This document shows positions 49,478 through 64,000 of a stretch of 64,000 nucleotides of DNA, one piece after another (position 1 is the first letter of the stretch; the number at the start of each line of letters is the position of its first letter). Position numbers and translations under genes: made by a program. The DNA lies in NCBI GenBank assembly GCA_039545335.1, contig BCIN01000009.1:1-64000 (forward strand), read 5' to 3'. Under the pieces are notes generated by a model, which did no database searches, was not told the DNA's origin, and saw only the letters and a list, made by a program, of their open reading frames with translations. The stretch is from Kondoa subrosea (lineage: Eukaryota).

Positions 49478-52400
49478 ATGTCTGCAGCAGAAGGAAGCAC
49501 AGAACCAAAGCCGTCTAGCTTGCCTGATAGCTTAACCGCTCTGCTCGTCAAACCCGAGGCTTCCTTAAAACCAACTCCGGAAATAGTCGAATCCCTAGAA
49601 CGCTTCCAGCGGGCTGCAAACTACCTTAGCGTCTCGCAGATCTTCTTAAAATGGGCCCCTCTCGACATGGCAGAGCTCAAAATCGGAGATGTCAAGAAAC
49701 GTTTATTAGGTCATTTCGGTACTGGCCCTGGACTTTGCTTTGCCTATGCCCACACCTCGCTCTTGATCAAAGAGACTGGTAGTCCGATGCTATTTGTCAC
49801 CGGTATGTCATTCGCTCGCTTTCACTTCCGGAACTAACCATTGCTGATGTCTAGGACCTGGTCACGGTGCACCTGCAATTCTGTCCTCGCTGTACTTAGA
49901 AGGCTCGATTACTCGCTTCTACGGCAAGTATGGCACGAACAAGTTAGCCATCTTCCGTTTCACTGTCTGCCCTAGCTAAATAATGTATCAGAGCTGGACT
50001 TGATGCATTTACGAAAGCCTTTTCTTGGCCAAGTGGTTTCCCATCTCACGTAAATGCTGAAACACCTGGTGCAATTCACGAAGGTGGAGAACTCGGTAAG
50101 ATTGTCTACATTTGCAAAAGGTCTGCAGCTGAAGAAGAAGTAGGCTACGCCCTCGCGGTTGCCTATGGTTCCGTCTTCGACAATCCAGACCTTATCACCG
50201 TTGCTGTTGTGAGTGCATTCCATTACTATTGGCCGGTATCGGTCCCTAAGTGTATTTTCCTTATCCACAGATTGGAGATGGTGAATCTGAAACCGGCCCT
50301 GTAAGCTTTTTGGCAACTGTATTAGATTCAGCTGACGATAGTCACCAAGACCGCAACAGCTTGGCAGTAAGTGATGGCTTGAATGGGATCATGTTTTGGC
50401 TAACAACAAATTTCTCAGCGCACACAAGTACCTGGATCCTGCCGAGTCTGGTGCTGTTCTGCCTATACTTCATGCAAACGGGCGCGTTATTAACTTCACT
50501 CACCGCATGCATGACTGACCTCGGACCATTGTAGATTCAAGATCAGCGAACGAACCATCTTTGGTACAATGGACGATAAAGAAGTCGTCAGTCTTTTCAT
50601 TGGCTATGGCTACCAAGTTTGCATTGTCGAATACGAGAACATGGCTGTTGCATCAGCTGCATCAGACAAGAAAGTTCAAGAGGACATGTACGCTGCTATG
50701 CATTGGGCCTATGGCGAGATTCGTCGCATTCAAAAAGCTGCTCATGATGGGAAACCGATTACCAAGCCAAGATGGCCGATGGTAGGTCTTTACTGCTGAC
50801 AATCAATCAATTATTGAGTCACTCATGTAAATTTCTGGTATGCAGATCTTCATGCGAAGTAGGTGCGGAATTAGCCACTGGAAAATATGCTCAGTCTCTT
50901 TGTATAGCTCCAAAAGGCTGGTCTGGACCAAAGAAGCTTGGTAAGCCAAATGTCTCTAACGCTGATGTGCTGTGTTCTTATTTCTAGTAGATGGCAAACC
51001 GATTCTGAACAGTTTCAGGGCGCATCAAGTGCCTCTGCCGGAAGCTGGAAAAGACGAAAAGCAATTCGAAATGCTCAAAGAGTGGTTGGCTTCATACAAA
51101 CCTGAAGAACTCTTCGATGGAACATCTGGAGCGCAACTCATTCGCAAAGAGACTACAGAGATCTTGCCAACTGATTCCAACTTGCTCCTCGGTCAGACTC
51201 GATATGCTTGGCCTGAGTATGAAGCTTTGAATTTGCCAGAAGATTGGCAAGTCTTCACTCAAGCTGCTGGAGAAGAGACCTCACCGATGAAAGCCAGTGC
51301 GTCAGTCCTGTAAGTATCAATACTACTAGATTCTGATTACGTTTCAGTTGGTCTCTACCTCAACGAGGCATTCAAAGTTTGTTCTCGTGCGGGATGATAT
51401 GCCACTCACTAAGTCCTGGCTCAGGCTAATCCTAAAAGATTGAGAATGTTCTCACCAGATGGTGTGTCTTGTCATTCTCGGAAGAATTGTACTGATTCGT
51501 CTCGTCAGAGCTCCGTTCAAACAAGCTCGACTCCATTCTCGACTTCACGAACGTATGTCTTCAATAGCAACAACATTATTCGCTCATGTTTATGCTTCTT
51601 GACTGCCCATAGAGAGATTTCCAATGGGATCCTGAAACTGCTCATCGTGGTGGACGAGTTATTGAGATGCTCTCTGAACATACACTCCAAGGATTTATGC
51701 AAGGTTACACGTTGACCGGTCGCACGGGTATGTCGAGATTGCAGATCTGTTCGCGCTTGTGCTAAAGTTTTTGTCAGGCATCTTTCCCTCATACGAAGCC
51801 TTCCTGGCTATCGTCGATACGTGAGCAGCCTTCGCTATGCTTTCAACACTGACTAAGCACAACATCTCAACAGTATGATCATCCAATTTGCAAAATTCCA
51901 GAAAGTCGCTCAAGAAACAAACTGGAGACCACCCATTCCTAGTTTGAACTACGTAGAGACTTCTACTCTTTGGAGACAAGAGCACAATGGTTACTCCCAT
52001 CAAGCACCAGGGCTCATCAATACTCTGCTTACTTTGCCTGCACACCTCGTGCGTGTCTATCTTCCACCCGGTGAGCTTTGTTTCTGTCCTTTTTAGGCAC
52101 TGCTAAGTGAATTCAGATGGCAACTGCGCTGTCTCTTGCATGGATCATATGCTCAAGTCAAAGGGCTACATTAATCTACTCGTTGGATCAAAGAATCCAG
52201 GATCCAATTGGCTCTCTCCCAAAGAAGCAAACGATCACTGCGTTGCTGGTATCTCGATCTGGAAGCGATTCTCAACAGATGACGGCAAGGATCCCGATGT
52301 TGTTTTGGCCGCCGCTGGCGTTGAAGTAACCACGGAAGTGATTCATGCTGCTGCTCTACTCAAAAAGGAGATGCCCAACATGCGAGTTCGTGTGGTCAAC

Positions 52401-53125
52401 ATCGTTGGTAAGTTAGCTTGTCGGCATATTCTTGAGCAGACCTGATCCGAGACACAGATCTTCTGGTACTTTCTGAGCCAGGCAGTCATCCTCATGCACT
52501 GAATGAATCGGCATTTAACTCAATCTTCACCAAAGACAAGGTGATTTTAGCGTGATCGCTACCTTGTTCTCCATCTTGACTTCTCACTACAGCCAATCAT
52601 TGTTAACTTCCATGGCTATCCTAGCGCTGTAGCTTCACTTCTATTCGCTCGTACGAGCCATGTCTCCAGAGGTAGAGTCATCATCAAGGGTTACATGGAA
52701 GAAGGTATGCCTTGCGAATAAGATCTTCGTGACAAGCTGATGTTCAGATTAGGCACTACTACAACACCTTGTGAGTCCGGCCAGAGAATACAGTTGACTG
52801 TCTGATGTTGTTTTGTCCAGACTCCATGTTGAGACTCAACGGGTAAGTTCTAGCTCTTCTGATCACTGCCTTGGTCTGATGAATTTTAGTGTCGGCCGTT
52901 TTGACGTCGCTGCTGATGCAATTCGTGCTGCCGCCTCCAACTGTACCAAGTTCGATGTCGACGCTCATCAGAAGATCACCTACTTCCAGCATCAGAACAA
53001 GATTGCCGAAAAGTTCGCTTTGGAGAACGGTGATGATGATGAGTGGTTCCAAGTAAGTCTCCGTCATACGTACGAAATGTTGTTGACGCCGTCTCTAGGG
53101 CGGAGCTCAGTTATTTGAAGCCTGA
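49478..53125 (+). CDS. XFP: Xylulose-5-phosphate/fructose-6-phosphate phosphoketolase
   Basis: [48 protein letters not shown] (ThDP binding), [38 protein letters not shown]. Confidence 0.96.
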
Positions 53126-53345
53126 AGAGTTGCAGCTAAAGATTTCTGTGCCTTACTCGAAGATTGCCAGGAATGATTAAATCGAAATGTATATAGACTT
53201 TTGTGCAAATAGAGATCAATGACCCTTGCTTCTTCTGCTTCGTTGGCCTGAATGAAACTAAAAGGAGCGTCCTCGTATTTCGCGAAAGACACGAATTCCT
53301 TGATCATACGATTGAAGCATTCATTTACAATCCTCAATTGTCCTT

Positions 53346-55055
53346 TTAACGCTTCTTCTCCAGTTCTACTGCCATCTCTGCACAAACAAGCTCTTCATCT
53401 GTCAGTACTCGCAACAAGGCAATCTTGCTGTTGTCCGAGCTGATCTTCAGAACAACATCCTCCCTAGCTGAACCATTTCTGCTTTCATCGATTGAGACAC
53501 CCAAGTAGTCGAGCTGCTTCGCTATGCTACTTCTGAGTTCCTTTGACTTCTCGCCGATGCCGCCTGATGGTCTGTGAGCTCAAAGATCTACGAGTAGGTT
53601 CCGACTGACCAGAGAATACTATAGCATCTACTTCGTTCTTCAAAATCAGTAAGTAAGCTCCCAAGAAATGCTGCGAGCCCATTCAGATGTGATTGTCCGC
53701 GCGAGAAACGCATTCTCACCAGTATACGATTCTCGAACACTTTTACAGCTAAAGCTTCTTTGTCTGAACCTTTTGCAGCTTTCTCTGTGATTGCTCTGTA
53801 GTCCGTCGTACCAGTCATGCCCGAGAACTGCTATCATCAGCCCATAATCTATCGGTGTTGATAGGTAAAACTTACACCAGCGCTTTTGTTCAGGTGATAT
53901 TCGCCTTTGGAAACCGTTATGCCTTTTGAAGTGACATCATCCGAAGCGCTATCTTTTCCAAAGAGATGGAAAACCAGAGAAGGATCAACAGAACCGGAAC
54001 GAGTCCCTCCTGGTAATCCTTCCAAAGGTGTCAAACCCATCTTTGAGTTCATTTAAGTCGGTTACACTGGCAAAGGAAATAGATAGACATACAGTGGTGT
54101 CCACACTCTTTCCTTTCTTGATACAGCACATACTAGCTCCACTTCCCAGATGACAGATGATCAGGTTGAGTTCGCTTGTTGATTTCTTCATTGATTGAGC
54201 AACCGATCTGAGTATCGATGCGTAGGAAAGACCATGGAACTATCGAAAGGCAATTGAGCATTGCTTTGAAAGAACAGCCAAAAGAACGAACGCCGTATTT
54301 CCGCAAAGGTATTGGTGTTTTGATTTCAGGGGTTCCAATAGGATAAGTATATACTTCAGGTGAGATTGTTTGATGGAACTGGAACTCTGCAGTCAGATGA
54401 GAAGAACAGCACAGTGAGCGTCGTACAAGTGTATCAAAGCAGAGTACGTTCTTTGCCTTTGGTAAAAGCTCCAGAGCAGCTAATCAATTATGTCAGTAGG
54501 CTGATCGTAAAGCCTGTGTATACTTACATTTGACTACGAGCACAGCATGATGACTATTTAGCATCAGCTTAGCTAGGCTTTAAGTACTGAAATGCGGCCT
54601 ACTTGTGCAAAGGTGCGAAGCTAGAAAGCGACTCCATGAGCTCGAGACCTTGTCTGTAGATCGATAAGCGTATGATGGCTGATGCAGGCAGTTCGACTAA
54701 CTGGTGATCCTTTGTTATGATCATAGGTTCGGTTTCTTCAGCTCCATGCACAACTGATGAAGAGCATAAGAAGAAGAAGAAAAGAAAAGGACAAAGAAAG
54801 AAGCAGACTGCGATGCGTCACTAGCGAAATCTCATGGTCTCCAATCACCTTACGTAAACCTTTGAGAATGTCGCTGAAGATTTCATGATGACTTTCGCCT
54901 TTTGCAGGATGTTTGTCTCCTTGTATCTTGAGCTGAGCATCATCAGTACCTATGGCCGAAGCTTGTCCAGACGCTTTCACTTGGAGCGAAGGCAATGAAT
55001 AAAGCTTGAACTTGAAACTTGAGGAGCCACAGTTGAGAGCGAGCAGATACGACAT
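53346..55055 (-). CDS. ACK: Acetate kinase
   Basis: [66 protein letters not shown]. Confidence 0.95.
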
Positions 55056-55197
55056 CAGGTGACAGAAGTAGATTCACGTCGAAGGTCGAAGTGACTTGCA
55101 ACGTGCTTAGCTAAGCTTGCTTGTTCCAGGTTGACGACTGAGCCGAAAATATACCAGAGCACTGTAGACAATTCCTCGAGCACAGAGATACACAAGC

Positions 55198-57583
55198 ATG
55201 TCTCGTCTGTTGCTACCTATCGAACTCGAAGAAGTGCAAGAACAGTTCTTGTGGGATCTGCGTTGGCTGGCTCAAAATTCACCTTCCGTCCAAAAGGGAA
55301 TGACTTGGGCTGAAGAGGTACACGCAAGAGCTTCTGGCGTGCACCTGTTGATTGAAGTCGGCATTCACATTGTCAAGCCGTTCGTTTGCTCGCTCTTGAG
55401 CAATGCGAGCCAGAAGTAATACTTGTCTATCTAAAGCAATTCCCGCACTATCTACACCGCTGCAATGATGATGCATCGTTTCTATGCCCTAAAAGCAATT
55501 CAAGATTATCCTATCCAAGTCTGTCGACCCATTTCTGAGATGTTGTTCTCGTGTCTGACGCATCCAAGCTAGATCATCGCCCCGACATGTCTTTTCCTGT
55601 CAAGCAAGATAGAAGAGAATCCTATACCGATCAAAGATGTCGTTTCTGGATTTCTTTCGCGCGAAGCGAGTATGAAGAGGCAAGATACAAGAATATCAGA
55701 AGCAACTCCAGTACGAATCCCTTTCTGCTGCTTCACCTCTGGAAAATGACTCATAAGAATGATAGGAATACAAATCTGTTGAGAGACGGGTGCTGTACTA
55801 CGAAGACTTCATTCTAGCCACACTTGGTTTCAACTTGGAATATGATCATCCCTATCCTTACGCAGCAGAAGCGATTGAGCGTATCTTTGGTTCATCCACA
55901 AGGCCCAGTCAGGTATGGGATGACCGCGTTGCCGAATTACCGATAGCATGGTATTTGCAAAAAGCGACCTGGGAATTCTGCTGCTTCAGGTTTGCCTTTT
56001 GTGTCTCATCACATCCTTAGACTGAGGCAAAGGACAGCTTTTACTCACCTCTCTGCCTCTTCGCACCACCCAACGTTATCGCAGCAGCATCACTTTGTCT
56101 AGCAGCAGCGCACTGTAGTGTGAACCTATCTGGAACATATGAATCATGGCATAAGCAGCTTTCCGAACGCACCTATCAAAATGAGGTGGACCCGGATGAG
56201 CTGGTGACGGAGGAATGGGTCTCTATCTTTCAAGCTCTCCCGGAACATGTTATTTGTAGGCCCTCGCTTTATTCCGGATATTTCAAACAGAATCTGATTC
56301 TGATTCAAAGATGCAAACGAAATGATTTTGGACGCCATGCAACTGGCCAGACCAAAAGAAGCCGATATGATTGATCAAGTGAGCCCATGCACAGTGACCG
56401 GCCCTTTCTTGATCTGACATGGCAATATTGGTAGATGTTCTCTCAGGGGCGTCCTATGCACAGTGAAGGTCTCTGGCCACTCTTCCCTACGGCTGCTCAA
56501 TTCGCAAGCGTAGCGACGAATGCGACCAAAGTCAAGCATGAATCAAGTAGGAATGATCCTGGTTTTTCGAGTTCTTCGCAAAGTCGGAATAATCAGAAAT
56601 CTAAACAGACCACTATCGGAGAAGATGTCGAGCCTGTCATACACTCTGACCTTTCGCAAACCAAGTCTCCGGCCTACTCTTCTGCCGTTCGCCAGAATCG
56701 TTCGGAAATCATTTCGCCTTCCCTTAAAGACGAAACAGATGCGACTCCAAGTGCGACAAAAATTCTGCAAGCTTCACCTCAAATCACGGAGAAGAATGCA
56801 TCGTCGCAAAAACAAATCGCCTCGCCCAGTCTCGAATTGAAAGCAGAAGCAAGTCCAGCAACTAAATCGACTCCCACCCCTTCAGCAATCACAGTAGTAC
56901 ATTCTGGTCCTCAAGACATGCAGAATGCTACCTCTGCCGCGATGGAACAAAAGCCATTACTTTCAGATACATCGCTCGAATATGATCGAGCTATTCCTCT
57001 TCATGCAGAGGTAAGATTAACAGAAGCCGCTGCTGCAGAAAAGGTCTCCCAGTCGACACCGACTACCACGCTACTTCCATCACGATCCGAGATGGAAATC
57101 GATGAAGCCTCGACGGCGGATGAGCAACTGCCTGCAAAAACGCTTTCTGCCACCACATCTGTACCAGCTCCGAATGACCCACCTCAGACTACTCCGGCCC
57201 CCTTCGACTCTACAAGCGCTCAACTTGATCCATCTATTTCGGATGCGCCATTCCCCTTCTTTGCTCAACCACTACGCAAAGCAACAGAATCACCTCAGAT
57301 ACAAGCAGGAGCAGGAGCTACCCCAATTTCTGGTGCACCGATGCATGAACCAACAGGTAGCACTGCTTTGCACGACGAGGAGAGAATAAAAGTGGAAGCT
57401 GGCGATCGCGAGAACGAAGAATTGAGAAGGATGCCTGAATCTGCTTTTGACCAAGAAGATCAAGAGATGGAGGAAAATACAGAGGAAGCCAAGTCCGAAG
57501 CTGTAGAGAAGAAGCCAATGCCAGAAGCAGTAGCGGCAGAATCTGTGGAACCCGAAGCCAGCAACGAAGGGAAAGTTGCATGA
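55198..57583 (+). CDS. Transcriptional cyclin (cyclin T/K-like) with long low-complexity C-terminus
   Basis: AQNSPS..EEVHARASGVHLL, MHRFY, CLFLSSKIEE, EDFILATLGFNLEYDHPY. Confidence 0.8.
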
Positions 57584-57624
57584 TGCAAAATCTACATTCT
57601 TATTGTTATTGCATTATCGGAAAT

Positions 57625-60075
57625 CTACAATTTGTTTGTTGCACCATCTGCTGCTTTTAGAGCTCTCGAAATGACCTCAGCGCTTGCTAAAGTCGTCTCG
57701 CATCTGTATTTGCGACCAACGACTTGCAAGCAGACAGGCGAGCCTTGCATGAGCTCGAGATCATCTGCGATCGGTGCTTTCAGCCTTGCCTGCGAAACAA
57801 AGAGGGAAAGACTGACATCGCTTCTGTATACCGCTATCAGCATCGCTTGCCGGTTTGTAATTAACAGCCACTGGATCCTTCTTTGCGTCGACAAAGGTAA
57901 CGGGGAAGACTGTAGCTGGCAAATCAAGCAAGTTGAATAGGCCTGCGCTTGATGTCAGCGCTGTCTAAGGCAGACCTGATTCGCCTGACCAGTATAATTG
58001 ATGTAGTCGTTCTGTCCGAACTTAGGTGCGGTAACAGGAGCGACAGGAAGGATCAGTCCATCGATAGGTTGACCACTTGCTGTTTGTGAGGCGGTCGCGA
58101 GCCATTTCTTGAGCATTACACCTTGCAGGGCTTCTTTCTCTCGATTCAGTTGGTACAGCTCGTAGACGGAATGAGGTTTTGTTGTGTGCGCCATACTACT
58201 GGCTAGCTCATCCACAAACGGCTGTGAGATGCACTGATCAGCTTCCTGTTCTGATGTCTTAACGTCGAAATTTAATTACCTCTTTGATAGGGTCGATAAT
58301 GGTTCGCAAGTCTTCTCCACCATCTGCCATCAATATGTGCCATAAGAGATACCCAGATCTTTCAAAGCCGTCCAAGTTGAAATCGATGACTGTTCCACAT
58401 AAGATCGGACTATGCATGCAATGAATTCGGACTCACCTTCATATCCCGCTTTCTGCAAAGCTTCCTTTGTCTCCTTCAATGCTCGTAGTATCGGTGGACT
58501 TGGCATAATAACGTTATCCCACTTAGCAATACCGAACGTCTTCGTTTTCTTGCCTTGCGTGGTAGCGAGGTCATCGCGGAAAGGTAGAGGAATAGCATAG
58601 GGATCGTGATCTTCTGGCTGATGGTCTAAGATTGCCTTGAAGACTGTTCGACAACCATTGACTGATCTGCTCAAGGGTCCAATTGCCGAGAAGATAGCTG
58701 AATGAAATGAGCCAGAATTATTCAGTCTGCTTCAGAGCTTACATTCTTGACCTAGAATAGAATTTGTGCTGCCTCCATAAGGCACTCGCAACGCGGTTGC
58801 TGTGTGCGCAATCATAAGTCCCTTCCAGATTTGCCATCAGATCTCACCAACTCACGTCGTAATCCAAAGAGACCGTTGAAGTTCTAGTCTCACATATATG
58901 AGCCATTGACATGCAAATGCTTCGCTTTCGTACAGATGGTATTCTGACGGAGCCACCGATATCAGTACCCAGACCACATGCTATAGAAGCTGAAGCAAAG
59001 GTCCACATAGAAGGATAGATCTACTTACGGCTACCCTTGAGTGCAATCAAAGCACCTTCTCCTCCTAATATAATATAAAATGTAAACAATGTGAAGTGGG
59101 TGAAAGGCAGAGTATGTACCTGAAGATCCACCACAAGTGAGAGAGTTGTTGTACGGATTGACCGTTTTGCCATAGACATGATTGTTAGTTTCGCCGACCT
59201 AGACGTGATTATTAGTAACCCAGAGTGACATAGTAGATTGTCAATTTGCCATTAATGTTTGAGGCACGTTCGCTGCTCAAAGGTGTCAGCGTACAAGCCT
59301 GCACGATCAATGATCTACTTGCTTCGACAATGGAAGACAGCTCCAGTCTTGCGCAAGACTGCAACAATCGCAGAGTCGTCCTTGCTGATCCGACCGAGAT
59401 AAGCACCATAACCCATGTTGAGCTCTTTGCCCTTGATGTCAAATTGACTAGATCCCTTGCTTTAGCCGAAATTCAGGTATGGCATGAGAAGCACATACTC
59501 TTTCAAAGAGATAGGCAAACCATGTAAAGGGCCAATTGGATTACCATGTTTCTCAATGTACTCGTCAAGCTCTTTGGCACGAGCGATAGCGTCATCGAAC
59601 AGGAAGATAGTGCAGCAATTGACTAGCTGATGAGCAATAGCCGCTCTTTTGGAGTAAGCTGTTTGTGATGAAGAAGCACAAACGGCATAAGTGGTCGAAG
59701 ACCTTGTGACCGATAAGGTTTGTAGACATACCAGTCGTAACTTCGACCGCTGTCCACTTGCGAGAGTGAATGTTAGCTAGCAGCTCATCCACATCGTCCA
59801 ATTCGGTTATTTCCAAATCTCGCTTCGAGAGTAATCCACAGCTTCGAGGGATATCTAGAACATTGGAAGGCAGCTTTTGCAGTGTCTCCTGAGGCAATCG
59901 CCAGTCTTTGGGAATAGACTCATTAAGCTCTTCGCGCTCTACAAACGTCTCAATGCACAAAAGATGCGGGGAAAACAATGGAGAATCTACTTTTGGAGCA
60001 GGCTTCGCGCCAATTGTCTGCTGTGAGCCCTGGAGTTGTAGTGTGGTAAGGAGCGATCTGCTGATCAATAGCCAT
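57625..60075 (-). CDS. Amidase-signature family enzyme (acetamidase/FAAH-like)
   Basis: GPLHGLPISLK, TNVPQTLM, NPYN..CGGSSGGEGALI, GLGTDIGGSVRIP, GSPVCLQVVGR. Confidence 0.92.
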
Positions 60076-60294
60076 TTTGAGCGTTGTTCGTGAACAAAGA
60101 AAGCGATAGTATACATTCAGCTGCTAATCAAGAGACAGCCGGCGTAAGGGATCAGCCTTACGTGAAAGTTCAACTATGCAATGGAGATCGACGATGTACA
60201 ATGCAGTACAATGCAATGCTACAATGTACAGAGTAACAGCAACCAAGCAACCAAAGTACAAGGCTGTTCACGAATCATCCTATGGAAGGCTGAT

Positions 60295-64000
<3,706 letters not shown>

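Overview
Eukaryotic, intron-rich fungal DNA. Introns are mostly ~50 nt GT-AG with many micro-exons, intergenic spacers are very short, and gene content suggests a basidiomycete, possibly Pucciniomycotina (inference). The window opens with a minus-strand CRE/Cnl1-like non-LTR retrotransposon (Zn fingers, RT, CCHC, restriction-like endonuclease). This copy carries two lesions: a YLDD>YLDN catalytic change at a TpCpG site, and a nested 140-bp insertion with a 9-bp target-site duplication in the endonuclease. About 23 spliced genes follow: AVT-type transporter, MGM1, CYP450, insulysin, acyl-CoA oxidase (SKL), AhpC/TSA-like protein, two hypotheticals, ferric reductase, hexokinase, MFS, ALDH, SDR, AP-1 mu, C2 protein, L-type lectin, butanediol-DH-like MDR, an F-box-like/Pol-beta nucleotidyltransferase-like gene, a convergent phosphoketolase/acetate kinase pair, a cyclin, an amidase and a truncated double-PHD MYST acetyltransferase. 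The most novel-looking items are the F-box/NTase gene (visible only after splicing), the retroelement's nested insertion and structured 5' leader, and the XFP-ACK pair. Exon boundaries were derived by eye and gene ends are approximate where stated.
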